Assembly (NCBI RefSeq): GCF_041248615.1
Contig: NZ_CP158426.1
From: Escherichia coli
GTDB lineage: Bacteria; Pseudomonadota; Gammaproteobacteria; Enterobacterales; Enterobacteriaceae
Strand: one strand, 5' to 3'
DNA length: 64,000 nt
Part shown: positions 1 to 9,095 of the stretch, piece by piece
How the letters are laid out: each line of letters starts with the position of its first letter
How positions within the stretch are numbered: the stretch's first letter is position 1
Notes under the pieces: model-generated
The model's database searches: none
The model's input: only the letters and a program-made list of their open reading frames with translations
What the model was told of the DNA's origin: nothing
Program-made: the position numbers and the translations under genes

Positions 1-428
1 ATGGGCTGTTTCAGAATAACGCGATAAACTGCCCAGGCGGCTGCATCTCCATGAACAAACAGTCCGTTATAGCTGCGATTGCCGTCGTAACTGAGACGAC
101 CTGTGCCTTCAATCAGATCCACTTCACCAAAGCCAAAACGGCGGATAACTTCCCGGATTGACCACGGCGTCCCTTTATACCGGTGCAGTTCGATGGCTGC
201 TTTTATAAGCATGCGGCGAACATCGTCCGATTCCGCCAGTTCCCAGCCATCGCCAGACAGTGAGAACTGCTCGCCCAGCCATGGCAGCGCGGAACTGTCG
301 ACGATATCGACGAGAAAGACCATCAGTACGCTCAGGTCGATGTTATCCAGCCGTCCTGCCAGTCTTCCCAGCGTCCTGAGACTGATATCACCCTCAAGCG
401 GTGGCGGGAGTTGTAATGGCTCAGTCAT
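1..428 (-). CDS. Phage tail protein I-like (Mu gp48 / P2 gpI family), C-terminus beyond window edge
   Basis: Manual minus-strand translation from ATG at 428 (ATGA overlap with upstream stop) gives MTEPLQLPPPLEGDISLRTLGRLAGRLDNIDLSVLMVFLVDIVDSS..., a tail protein I-like N-terminus; ORF runs off the left edge. Confidence 0.65.
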   Translation of the reverse strand, partial: MTEPLQLPPPLEGDISLRTLGRLAGRLDNIDLSVLMVFLVDIVDSSALPWLGEQFSLSGDGWELAESDDVRRMLIKAAIELHRYKGTPWSIREVIRRFGFGEVDLIEGTGRLSYDGNRSYNGLFVHGDAAAWAVYRVILKQP

Positions 429-1524
429 CAGACACTCCAGTCATGTTAAGAGTGATTGCCGTACAGTTTGCCCATTCGTTTTCTGCCACCACCCGCAGTG
501 CCGGTGTCACCAGTTCAACCTGGTACACCCCGGAAACGGACAATGCACTGATAATCTGGCTGGGGACAATATCGCGCCCCAGCGTGGCGGCACGTGATGC
601 CACCCAGTTCTGTATGGCGCTGTTAGCGGCATCTTTTACAGACCTGGCATCCTGATCACGATAGATCGTAATCCTGGCTTCAATGGTGTAATCCACCTTC
701 ACTGGTGTTTTAGCCCGCACTGTATCAGTGAGTGGCCTGACTTTCTCATCAGAGCAGAAACTCTCTACCAGCGTGAGAACACCGCCGTCCGGCAGACCGG
801 TACTGAGCAGCGGATACAGATCTACGGTCCCGGGAACCGGGGAAAGCACAGCAACATCGACAATGTTGGGATGGGCCTGCATGGCATGAAAGCGGTATGC
901 GCCACGGCTTCCGGCATTGGTGAATGACTCCGGGGCCAGCCTGATACGCTCCCGGAGCCTGTCATCGTCTTCCTGTTCTGAACCGCCGGAACTGGCCGTC
1001 AGATTGCTCACCAGCAGGTCGACGTTATCAATCTCATCGAGTAACTGACTGACCTGCGCAGGTTGCCAGCCGTTACCAGCGGTACCGGGTTCGGTACAGG
1101 TGGACGTGACATTGACCAGCAGCAATCCGGCCTTCAGTACCACATCTGTATCGGTGGCAAAAATAACGCTGTCGGAAGCGCTGACGCGGGTGCCTGCCGG
1201 GATCAGCACATCAATGGTCAGTGCCTCATCCACAGAGAACTGAAGTGTGGTGGTGGCAGGCTGCGCGGCAAGGCGGTATACACCAACCAGTTCTCCGAGG
1301 TAATCAATCATCGGCTCTCGTGAAAAGGCGACCAGATTCTGCTTTGCTGCCTCCTGTACCGCAACCCTGACCAGCATTTCGCGATAGGCCCACAGATCAA
1401 TCAGCAGACGTTCTGCCTGTGCCGGGTACAGCGTTTTGCCGGTATCCGCTTCATACTTCGCAATCATTTCTGCCGTGATTTTGTCGGCATCGCGTTCAAT
1501 AAAATCGGGTTCTGTCAGCGCCAT
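421..1524 (-). CDS. Baseplate J-like protein (Mu gp47 / P2 gpJ family)
   Basis: 367-aa ORF; position after the gp25-like gene in a baseplate block; recalled similarity to baseplate J family. Confidence 0.8.
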   Translation of the reverse strand: MALTEPDFIERDADKITAEMIAKYEADTGKTLYPAQAERLLIDLWAYREMLVRVAVQEAAKQNLVAFSREPMIDYLGELVGVYRLAAQPATTTLQFSVDEALTIDVLIPAGTRVSASDSVIFATDTDVVLKAGLLLVNVTSTCTEPGTAGNGWQPAQVSQLLDEIDNVDLLVSNLTASSGGSEQEDDDRLRERIRLAPESFTNAGSRGAYRFHAMQAHPNIVDVAVLSPVPGTVDLYPLLSTGLPDGGVLTLVESFCSDEKVRPLTDTVRAKTPVKVDYTIEARITIYRDQDARSVKDAANSAIQNWVASRAATLGRDIVPSQIISALSVSGVYQVELVTPALRVVAENEWANCTAITLNMTGVSDD

Positions 1525-1862
1525 AGCAACTCCTGAGTCCGGGTCTGTCCGTCTGAGCCTTTCCAGCTCACCCGGAGCGTAAGATGTTCGCCGTCGACGG
1601 CGGGTTTAACTGACATAAGCTGGCAGCGGGGCTCCCAGCGTCGGATGGCATCGACGGATTCGCGCACCACATGCGGAATGGCCCGGTCTACAGGCCAGTC
1701 GATATAAAGATGCAGATTGCTGCCGAACTCCGGGCGATGCGGGTCGCTGCCGCGGGGAGTCCGCAGGATAATTTGAATCGCCTGCCGGATATCATCCAGC
1801 CCCCGGACAATTTCGCCGGGAGCCTGCAGGGCTGGTTGCCAGAATACTGAGGTTGTTTTCAT
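1515..1862 (-). CDS. Baseplate wedge protein, GPW/gp25-like
   Basis: 115-aa ORF, size and sequence typical of the GPW/gp25 family; overlaps neighbours as in baseplate operons. Confidence 0.8.
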   Translation of the reverse strand: MKTTSVFWQPALQAPGEIVRGLDDIRQAIQIILRTPRGSDPHRPEFGSNLHLYIDWPVDRAIPHVVRESVDAIRRWEPRCQLMSVKPAVDGEHLTLRVSWKGSDGQTRTQELLWR

Positions 1863-1916
1863 GGGGGCAGTATTGCCCCCGTGCGGGAACGCTGATATTA
1901 AAGGCGTTTAAAAAGC

Positions 1917-2513
1917 TCAGTGGGAGTGGTGGCTGGAGTTTTCGCCATCAGACAACATACTGCCCGTGGCATGGGCATTCCCTTTAATCTCGATATTGCC
2001 ATGGATGGTCGCGGTAACACCTTCACCACCAGAACCCGCCATGCCTCCTTCGTAAATCAGCTTACCCCTGACACGCAGATCTCCGGTAAGTTCGGTTTCC
2101 GGTGCGTCAATCGTGGCTTTCTGTGTTTTCAATACCACATCAGCACCACACTCAATGACAATATGCTCAATGCCGCCCCGGATGATCAGAGTGTGCGTCT
2201 TCCGGTTGTAGCTGTACTCTGCACCATCAGCAAACCGGGTTCCCCGGATATTTTTGTCACTGAACGGTGGTTTATCGACGTCTGAATACACCGCGCCCAG
2301 AATAACACCATCCTCGCCGTTGGCATCGAGCAGCACCTCAACCTGCTCCCCCACGTCAGGGAGCCAGTAATCTTTGTTATCCTGGGTATTGCGCTGCAGC
2401 ACGTTAAGCCAGTTTGTGCGCAGGTTATCGCATTCAGGCAGACGAACGCGGGCCTGAACCCTGTCGGCATCAACGGCACTGACCGTACCGACCTGACGAG
2501 TGACACCAGTCAT
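1917..2513 (-). CDS. Baseplate assembly/spike protein V-like
   Basis: 198-aa ORF with Gly-rich C-terminus; position between D-like and W-like genes. Confidence 0.75.
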   Translation of the reverse strand: MTGVTRQVGTVSAVDADRVQARVRLPECDNLRTNWLNVLQRNTQDNKDYWLPDVGEQVEVLLDANGEDGVILGAVYSDVDKPPFSDKNIRGTRFADGAEYSYNRKTHTLIIRGGIEHIVIECGADVVLKTQKATIDAPETELTGDLRVRGKLIYEGGMAGSGGEGVTATIHGNIEIKGNAHATGSMLSDGENSSHHSH

Positions 2514-3664
2514 TTTTTCTTCTCCTTAATCACCGTCGATGTACTGCCATCCGGGTGATAAACCGTGAGTTTCTGAGTTTTTTGTTTTTTCCCTCTTGTG
2601 ACTGGCCCCCGTGCCACTTCCAGCTCTGTGGTGTAGCCGCTGTTACGGTCAAACGCATGGCGGGCAGTGGTTATGAGCCATGGCCCGGATAACTGCCCAA
2701 AACCCACCAGTTCAATTTTGTTGCCTGCTGTCAGTTGAGGTGTTCCCGTCAGCGTCAGGGAGCCGTTCTGCTGGTATTCGTTATGTCTGGCCAGTGCTGA
2801 ATCCGCTTTAATCCGGGCACTGTCCGGGTCGCTGACGCGGCTGTTAACTTTAAGTGAGTCAGCGCTGGTAACCTTACCACCTTTGAGCTTTTTGTCGCTT
2901 TCACGGGTACCACCATCAGCTTCGTAGACGATCAGTTTTTTACTGCTGCTTTTCTGGTGTTTTACCTTTGCAGATTTATAGACCCGGTTGATGGTGTCAC
3001 GCAGGGAAAAGCGGGCCACATCCTGCGGTTTTAACTGCCTGACCGGCTCCTGACTGCGCAGTGTGGCCAGATGAGAAAAAATCAGCTGGTCACTGACCAC
3101 TTTCACTGCATAACCATACTCGCTGGCCAGCCGGCGCAGAAAACCCACGTCGGTTTCAGCATACTGGGTCACCCGGTCGATTCTGATGGACTCAATGCTG
3201 CCCACCAGTTTCAGCCGGTGCTTTCTGGCAATCCGCCCCGCAACAGCTGCCAGCGTGGTGTTCTCAAAACCACGACTGGTTTTAGTCCGCAGGGCACTGT
3301 TAACCGAGGTGGCCACCCCACGGATAGAAACAACGGAAGCGGGCGAACTCACTTCGATCTCGTCTATAGAGAACGTACCGCAGGACAGCAGCTTCTCGCC
3401 CTGATAGCCCATTTTCAGCGTCAGCGTGTCACCCTTGCCCGGATACCACTTATCCAGCCAGCGGCCATCGGTGTCGTCCAGCTCCACCTCAATGGTATCG
3501 GACTCATTTTTGATGTTATCGCTCCAGGTCACACGGGTGACATAAGGCGCGATATCAGAGGTGATGTTTTTCTGCAGATACCACAGAGTGAACACCGGTG
3601 TCAGCACATCGCTGACGCCGGTTAACGCTGATGTGACTTGCGCAGTGCTGTTTATCTCAGCCAT
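2510..3664 (-). CDS. Tail protein D-like (late control D / Mu P family)
   Basis: 384-aa ORF downstream of tape measure/U/X-like genes; recalled similarity to gpD family. Confidence 0.75.
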   Translation of the reverse strand: MAEINSTAQVTSALTGVSDVLTPVFTLWYLQKNITSDIAPYVTRVTWSDNIKNESDTIEVELDDTDGRWLDKWYPGKGDTLTLKMGYQGEKLLSCGTFSIDEIEVSSPASVVSIRGVATSVNSALRTKTSRGFENTTLAAVAGRIARKHRLKLVGSIESIRIDRVTQYAETDVGFLRRLASEYGYAVKVVSDQLIFSHLATLRSQEPVRQLKPQDVARFSLRDTINRVYKSAKVKHQKSSSKKLIVYEADGGTRESDKKLKGGKVTSADSLKVNSRVSDPDSARIKADSALARHNEYQQNGSLTLTGTPQLTAGNKIELVGFGQLSGPWLITTARHAFDRNSGYTTELEVARGPVTRGKKQKTQKLTVYHPDGSTSTVIKEKKK

Positions 3665-3867
3665 GGGGCAATATCCTCTTCTGTACGGGCTTCTTCAGCC
3701 TCAATCACCGGGATCAGTAACAACAGCCCGGAGGGCAGCACCGGCGTGATGGCCACGTGCGGATTGGCGGCAATAATCCGGGGATAGCCCAGCGGGTCAC
3801 CGTAGTACTGCCATGCCAGCGAATCCCAGCGCTCTCCGTCACGGGTAACATGTTCAAGAAACATCAC
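3652..3867 (-). CDS. Tail protein X-like (LysM-like small tail protein)
   Basis: 71-aa ORF between U-like and D-like genes; pattern resembles P2 gpX. Confidence 0.6.
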   Translation of the reverse strand: MMFLEHVTRDGERWDSLAWQYYGDPLGYPRIIAANPHVAITPVLPSGLLLLIPVIEAEEARTEEDIAPWLR

Positions 3868-4748
3868 ACACTCCTCGTCAGTATTCTGGCGGCCATTGCA
3901 CTTAATCCCGGAGACATGCGGTTGAATGCTGTGCCGGCGGCGTTAAGCTGCCCGGAAACGGTATCCAGAGCACCTGCAATATTTCTTTTGTCCACACCAC
4001 TCAGCGCAGACTGTGCCTGCTGTACATACGTGGCTGCTTCGCTGGCTGTTCTGGCCAGACTGATGGCATCGGGCATGGATTCAGAGAGTGCGTTAAACGC
4101 CGGAACACTTTTCCCCAGAGCCCCGGAGATATTACCCAGTCCGCTCATCAGCCCCGGCACACGGGTCAGTGCGACAACGGGGTTATCCTTCATTTTCTGT
4201 GTCACCCGAACGGCGCTGATAGTGGTCTGGAGTACAGACTGCGCCTGTTTCGCATAGTTGACGCCGTTGCGGATGAACTGCGCCACCCCTGAAGGTGAAG
4301 GAATGGCACCGGAGACCGCCCCGACACCCGGGAGCTTCGTGCGTATTGCCGGTGGTTGCAGAGGATTTTTCGGATCACCGGTGTATTCCCGGAGAGACAC
4401 GGTGGCACTGACAGCCAGCACGTTACCGGTGCTGTCTGTCTGCTCGCTGGTTGCGGTCACATCGGTAATCACGAACCAGCCACGATAGTCACCGTTGCCG
4501 AAGACCAGCGCCAGTGCCTGATGGGCTTTCATGGCTGTTCGCAGTCTCGCCAGCTCCACATCGGGTACACAATAATGCTGATGGAAGACCAGACTTATCT
4601 GGATTTCGTCCAGCCTGTCGCCGACGAACTGCAGGCCAGGCTTACCCCCGATGCGGGCATGCTCCGCATAATCGACGCCGGACGTGGCCTCGAAGCCGTC
4701 CCAGTAGGTAATCAGCTCAAACTCAATATCACCCAGTACGGCAAACAT
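3864..4748 (-). CDS. Tail protein, P2 gpU-like / DNA circulation N-terminal-like
   Basis: 294-aa ORF immediately downstream of tape measure; N-terminus MFAVLGDIEFEL resembles the gpU family. Confidence 0.6.
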   Translation of the reverse strand: MFAVLGDIEFELITYWDGFEATSGVDYAEHARIGGKPGLQFVGDRLDEIQISLVFHQHYCVPDVELARLRTAMKAHQALALVFGNGDYRGWFVITDVTATSEQTDSTGNVLAVSATVSLREYTGDPKNPLQPPAIRTKLPGVGAVSGAIPSPSGVAQFIRNGVNYAKQAQSVLQTTISAVRVTQKMKDNPVVALTRVPGLMSGLGNISGALGKSVPAFNALSESMPDAISLARTASEAATYVQQAQSALSGVDKRNIAGALDTVSGQLNAAGTAFNRMSPGLSAMAARILTRSV

Positions 4749-7699
4749 CAGCGGTACTCCTTACGTTGTTTCTGAGCCAGCAGACGCTCCAGCATTTTTT
4801 CCAGCTCATGCAGACTCATATTCAGGGCACCAGTCAGTCCTGCAGGCGCTGTGGTTTCCCTGCCATTGAGGAAAAACTGAGGATTAAAGCTGACCTGGAT
4901 ACCACCAGACGTTCCACCGCCGGTTGCAGCTGCACCACGGCCTGAATATCCGGCAGTCAGGATTTCAGGCGAGGGGATACGGGGAACATCCGGTGTCATC
5001 TCATTTGCCAGACGTTGCCCTGGTAAAATCGATGCCCGGGTGGGGAGCGGAATAGCGGGCATGGAAGACAAACTATTGATTACGGCTCCGATCGCATTTT
5101 TAGCAGACGACATAAACACATTGATATCGGGCAACGGCATACTGAAGCGAACACCTGAAGTGTTATCCCGTATTTCTGGCCCCTGAATGCTCACGGGCAT
5201 TCTGGGGAGCAGTTCACTGGCCATTCGCTGCCCGGCCAGAGCTGCAAGCGGAGTGGTCCGCTGCAGGCCAATGGCGGCCCCCTGCGCGATATTGTCACCA
5301 AAGCCCATAAACACGCGGCTCGGCGAATGAATGCCCAGCTTTTCGCTGAACCAGCCACTGATGCTGTCGCCCATTCCGGTTACACTGGATTTGAGCGACT
5401 CCCATTTGTTTTTGATACCGTTAATCAGACCATCGACAAGATGGCCACCGAAGTCGGTAAACTTTGCCGGCAGATCAACACCAAGATATTTCAGCGCAGC
5501 TGCAAAGGCTTTATAGAGCAGACCTGCCGGCGACCAGTTAATCAGCAGCTTACCAGTTCCCGCGATACCGCCGTTAAAGGCTTCCTGAATGTCAGCCCAG
5601 CACTGTTTAAACCAGCTACTGATGCTGTCACCCATTCCGGTTACACTGGATTTGAGCGACCCCCATTTGTTTTTGATACCGTTAATCAGACCGTCGATAA
5701 GATGACCACCGAAGTCGGTGAACTTTGCCGGCAGAGTAACGCCGAAATATTTCAGCGCAGCCGCAAAGGCTTTATAGAGCAGACCTGCCGGCGACCAGTT
5801 AATCAGCAGCTTACCAGTTCCCGCGATACCGCCGTTAAAGGCTTCCTGAATGTCAGCCCAGCGCTGTTTAAACCAGCCACTGACTGCCCCCCAGTTGCGG
5901 TAGATAAGGTAAGCTGCTGCCGCGACAGCGGTGATAACGAGACCGATGGGATTCATCATCAGCGCACGTCCAATCCAGAGAACAGCACGTCCGGCGAGCA
6001 TAATTCCGCGAACCAGCCCCCCGGAGAGCACGCCACTCAGTGTTCTGGCTCCTCTGGCGACGGCGCTAAATCCGGTCACCAGCCAGCGGAGCTTACCGCC
6101 TTGCCCCAGTGCGAGCGACAGACGAAGCCAGTTGGCCCGAAGTAAAACAGCATTTTTCCAGACACTTACAAAGGGGGAAATAAGGAGATTCAGCCCCAGT
6201 TTGAGACCAACAGTCGCTATCTTAATCGCAAGGAGCGCACTGATGAGCTTAAAAGCCCCACTGACAAATTGCGGGTGAGTCGCTACCCAGTGTTTTGCCC
6301 CCTGAATGAGTGGAAGCAGTTCCTGAGTCAAAGAAATAAAAGATGGAGCTAATTGATCGCCCAGCGTAATTGCCAGATCGCGACTGCTGACCATAAGTGT
6401 TTTAGTGGCTTCAAGGGGAGATTTCAGCCGCTGATCATAAGCACTGGCAAGCAAATCGTTATCCGCAGCCCTGAGAGCACCGGCACGGATCTCTCGATAT
6501 CTGTCCATGTTGGCCAGCATCGGGCGGATAAATGCCATGACCTGCATATCCGCGAACATATCGCCCAGACCAAAGTTTTTCGCCAGAGCCTGAAGTGCCT
6601 CATCTCTTGCCGTATCATTCTTTATTTTCATGGCTGATTTGAAGCCGGCCAGCGCTTCGGGGCTTTTGGCATTGAGGTAACGTTCTATAACACTCAACAT
6701 CCCTTCAATCGGAGAGATCCCCGCAGCTTTATAACTCGCAATAGATCCCTGCAAATCAATACCCAGATCAGCAAACTGTTTCTGAGTATCGCGGGCAAAA
6801 ATTTTGGTAAGAAAGTTTTTAAAATTATTAGCTGCTTCGTCGGTGGAACCTGCACCGATTTTTGCTATCTGGAGACTGGCCCCGATTTCAGCAACAGCCT
6901 CTTTTCCACTGGCAATACCCGCCATCATTGGGGCCAGGGACTGCATCCACTTGACCTGATCCGGGATTTCAAATGACCCCTGGTCACCGGCATAAGCCAT
7001 AATATTCTGAACGGCACCAAAATCTCTGGCCGCACCTTTCAGGGAGTTTTGCCAGACTGCGGCCACTTTTGCCCAGTCCTGAGCAGACGTGCGTGTTGCC
7101 GTTGCCGCGCGGGCAATATCCGGCATCAGAAAACCGATATCTGACACATTATCAATATTGTCGCTGATGAGTGAACCCACCGCCTCCTGCAGCTCATCCT
7201 GATACTGATTGTATTTAAGCGCCCAGCCTTTTATCTGTCCGGCAAGTGCATCCCGCGTTTTATTGTCATATTTTGCGGTGATCGACATATCAATCATTTT
7301 GTCCTGAAAAGACATGGACTGCTGAACGGCAGGGGAAACCGTATGATAAACAGTCTGTGCCATGCCATACGCTTCAATCCCCTGACCATACAGCGCCATG
7401 CGGTTAGCTTTCAGCGCATCACTGGTAGCGGATGCCGCTGACAGACGGCGCTGCTGGCGCTCAATTTGCTCCATGGTGCGGCTTACCCGCAGCAGCTCGC
7501 TGTTGAGATGCTGCATCCGGGAAGAACCCAGTTGACCATAACGTTCTGTTGCACGGGTTAAAGCGTTCTGACGTTCCTGCAGGCGGCGTGAGGTATCGCT
7601 CAGGGAATCAAGCGCACGGCGGGTACCGCTCATTGCAGAACGGAATGTGCTGCCAATCATCCCGCCGATAACAACGCCGACTGAAAACTGTCCCGACAT
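4748..7699 (-). CDS. Tail tape measure protein
   Basis: 983-aa ORF with coiled-coil N-terminus, hydrophobic central segments and an internal 87-aa tandem duplication; follows the chaperone genes. Confidence 0.85.
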   Translation of the reverse strand: MSGQFSVGVVIGGMIGSTFRSAMSGTRRALDSLSDTSRRLQERQNALTRATERYGQLGSSRMQHLNSELLRVSRTMEQIERQQRRLSAASATSDALKANRMALYGQGIEAYGMAQTVYHTVSPAVQQSMSFQDKMIDMSITAKYDNKTRDALAGQIKGWALKYNQYQDELQEAVGSLISDNIDNVSDIGFLMPDIARAATATRTSAQDWAKVAAVWQNSLKGAARDFGAVQNIMAYAGDQGSFEIPDQVKWMQSLAPMMAGIASGKEAVAEIGASLQIAKIGAGSTDEAANNFKNFLTKIFARDTQKQFADLGIDLQGSIASYKAAGISPIEGMLSVIERYLNAKSPEALAGFKSAMKIKNDTARDEALQALAKNFGLGDMFADMQVMAFIRPMLANMDRYREIRAGALRAADNDLLASAYDQRLKSPLEATKTLMVSSRDLAITLGDQLAPSFISLTQELLPLIQGAKHWVATHPQFVSGAFKLISALLAIKIATVGLKLGLNLLISPFVSVWKNAVLLRANWLRLSLALGQGGKLRWLVTGFSAVARGARTLSGVLSGGLVRGIMLAGRAVLWIGRALMMNPIGLVITAVAAAAYLIYRNWGAVSGWFKQRWADIQEAFNGGIAGTGKLLINWSPAGLLYKAFAAALKYFGVTLPAKFTDFGGHLIDGLINGIKNKWGSLKSSVTGMGDSISSWFKQCWADIQEAFNGGIAGTGKLLINWSPAGLLYKAFAAALKYLGVDLPAKFTDFGGHLVDGLINGIKNKWESLKSSVTGMGDSISGWFSEKLGIHSPSRVFMGFGDNIAQGAAIGLQRTTPLAALAGQRMASELLPRMPVSIQGPEIRDNTSGVRFSMPLPDINVFMSSAKNAIGAVINSLSSMPAIPLPTRASILPGQRLANEMTPDVPRIPSPEILTAGYSGRGAAATGGGTSGGIQVSFNPQFFLNGRETTAPAGLTGALNMSLHELEKMLERLLAQKQRKEYR
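5330..5880. repeat. About 261-bp tandem duplication inside the tape measure gene (two copies plus the start of a third)
   Basis: Near-identical blocks beginning ccagccactgatgctgtc at about 5351 and 5612, partial at 5871; protein repeat WFKQ.WADIQEAFNGGIAGTGKLLINWSPAGLLYKAFAAALKY... twice. Confidence 0.85.
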
Positions 7700-7774
7700 A
7701 GTGGTTAACCTCCGGGGAAGGTGAAAAGACGTGAGGGAATAACGCAGAACAGCCGCTACTGGCGGCTGTCTGTA

Positions 7775-8032
7775 CTATGATTTGTCGCCGTACTCGCTTT
7801 TTATTTGCTCTTCAGCCTGCTCCAGCCACATCTCCAGATCGTCAGTATCGAGGGCATCAATCTCCCCCGGCTGAAACCGGAACCATCTCGCCAGCAGCCC
7901 CTGCGCCTGCGTCAGCGCCCTGGTTGCTCTCACCCATCCCCGTGATGAGCTGAAATCGTTTCTGTAACTGCAGGTAATCAGCCAGATCCATATTGTCGAG
8001 ATCTTCCGGGAGAAGACCAGTACTGCGGGCAA
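7775..8032 (-). CDS. Overlapping ORF likely expressed as a frameshift extension of the tail chaperone (E' -like)
   Basis: Open frame overlapping the 3' half of the chaperone gene and extending 28 codons past its stop; frame is +1 relative to the chaperone frame. Confidence 0.5.
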   Translation of the reverse strand: MPAVLVFSRKISTIWIWLITCSYRNDFSSSRGWVRATRALTQAQGLLARWFRFQPGEIDALDTDDLEMWLEQAEEQIKSEYGDKS

Positions 8033-8192
8033 TCAGCGGTTCGTCCCAGTCTGCCGGGTTTTTGCTGATTTTGCGCACCTGCTTCAGGTCTTTTACCGTC
8101 AGGCGTTTCAGTTCAACCAGCTCAATTCTGGTGCCTGCAGCAGTGGTGAAGGGATAAGACAATTTAAAAGTATCGGATGGGGTCTGTGACAT
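7857..8192 (-). CDS. Tail assembly chaperone (Mu/P2 E-like)
   Basis: 111-aa acidic ORF between tail tube and tape measure. Confidence 0.7.
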   Translation of the reverse strand: MSQTPSDTFKLSYPFTTAAGTRIELVELKRLTVKDLKQVRKISKNPADWDEPLIARSTGLLPEDLDNMDLADYLQLQKRFQLITGMGESNQGADAGAGAAGEMVPVSAGGD

Positions 8193-8289
8193 GATTGTGC
8201 TCCTGTGTAAGTTCAGGGCAGTATGTCGGGAGAAGCGCGTGACGGATATTAAAGGAGATTAAGAAGAAGGGGCCGGAGCCCCTGTGATG

Positions 8290-8571
8290 TCAGCAAGTGC
8301 GAAACCCCTTGCAGTTACGCAGGAAAGCGATGAGAAGCGTCTTTCCCTCAGATTTGCCGATGCCGGAGAACCAGTGGTCGGGAGGCTCCCATGCTTCAAT
8401 CAAATCCGCCAGTTTGCGGGCCTTTGAACGTGTGCAGTCAATCGGGTCATTGGTTTTACGGGTATTAAAAAGGGTTTCCACCCCCGGAATATCAAGGAGG
8501 GTAAACCACGTACCATTTGACATGCCCAGTGCCGCACATCGTCCTCCTTTATCCGTCAGTTCAACACTCAC
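8290..8571 (-). CDS. Hypothetical protein between tail tube and chaperone
   Basis: 93-aa ORF filling the gap after the tube gene stop; no recognisable family. Confidence 0.35.
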   Translation of the reverse strand: MSVELTDKGGRCAALGMSNGTWFTLLDIPGVETLFNTRKTNDPIDCTRSKARKLADLIEAWEPPDHWFSGIGKSEGKTLLIAFLRNCKGFRTC

Positions 8572-8573
8572 CG

Positions 8574-9095
8574 TCAGCCCCCGATATTGATACGGTAGTC
8601 AGTCAGCTGATCAACGCCACCGACGCGGAAGATGTTGGCCAGATAGTCCAGTTGCAGCAGCTCTTCACCATCCAGTACCTGTCTGATATACGTGCAGGTG
8701 AAGCTACTGGAGAACTCGGCGTTCTCGTGCTGTTTGAACGTCCCCAGCGGGTTCTTCTTGAACATAATCGTCAGGAAGGTGACCAGCGGGATTTCGTCAA
8801 TCAGCCCCTGCGAGCTGTAGCGCTGGACGCTGGAACGACACTGCAGTGCCAGCGACCTGTACGGGTTCGCGGCAGACAGCATCGCATCGCGGTAAAAGCT
8901 GTTCCATTTGATTTCGCCTTCCAGTTTGTCAAAACCAGCCGGGAGTTCCACCTTACCCACCATCCCCAGCGCCTTGTGTTCCTGCATAATCATGGAGACA
9001 TCGGGGAGTTTAACTTCCTCAGCCCGTCCCAGCAGGTTAGTACCATCCAGATAGATGTTGGCATTCGTGATGCGGTTTATCTCAATCTTTGACAT
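8574..9095 (-). CDS. Tail tube protein (contractile tail)
   Basis: 173-aa ORF immediately downstream of the sheath gene. Confidence 0.8.
   Translation of the reverse strand: MSKIEINRITNANIYLDGTNLLGRAEEVKLPDVSMIMQEHKALGMVGKVELPAGFDKLEGEIKWNSFYRDAMLSAANPYRSLALQCRSSVQRYSSQGLIDEIPLVTFLTIMFKKNPLGTFKQHENAEFSSSFTCTYIRQVLDGEELLQLDYLANIFRVGGVDQLTDYRINIGG

Noticed and set aside
103-655. Plus-strand ORFs of 164 and 84 aa at the left edge
   Set aside because: They overlap the minus-strand tail protein I-like and baseplate J genes, which together give a coherent baseplate block.
5327-6145. 272-aa plus-strand ORF with internal repeats
   Set aside because: Antisense to the tape measure gene; its repeats are the reverse reading of the tape measure tandem duplication.
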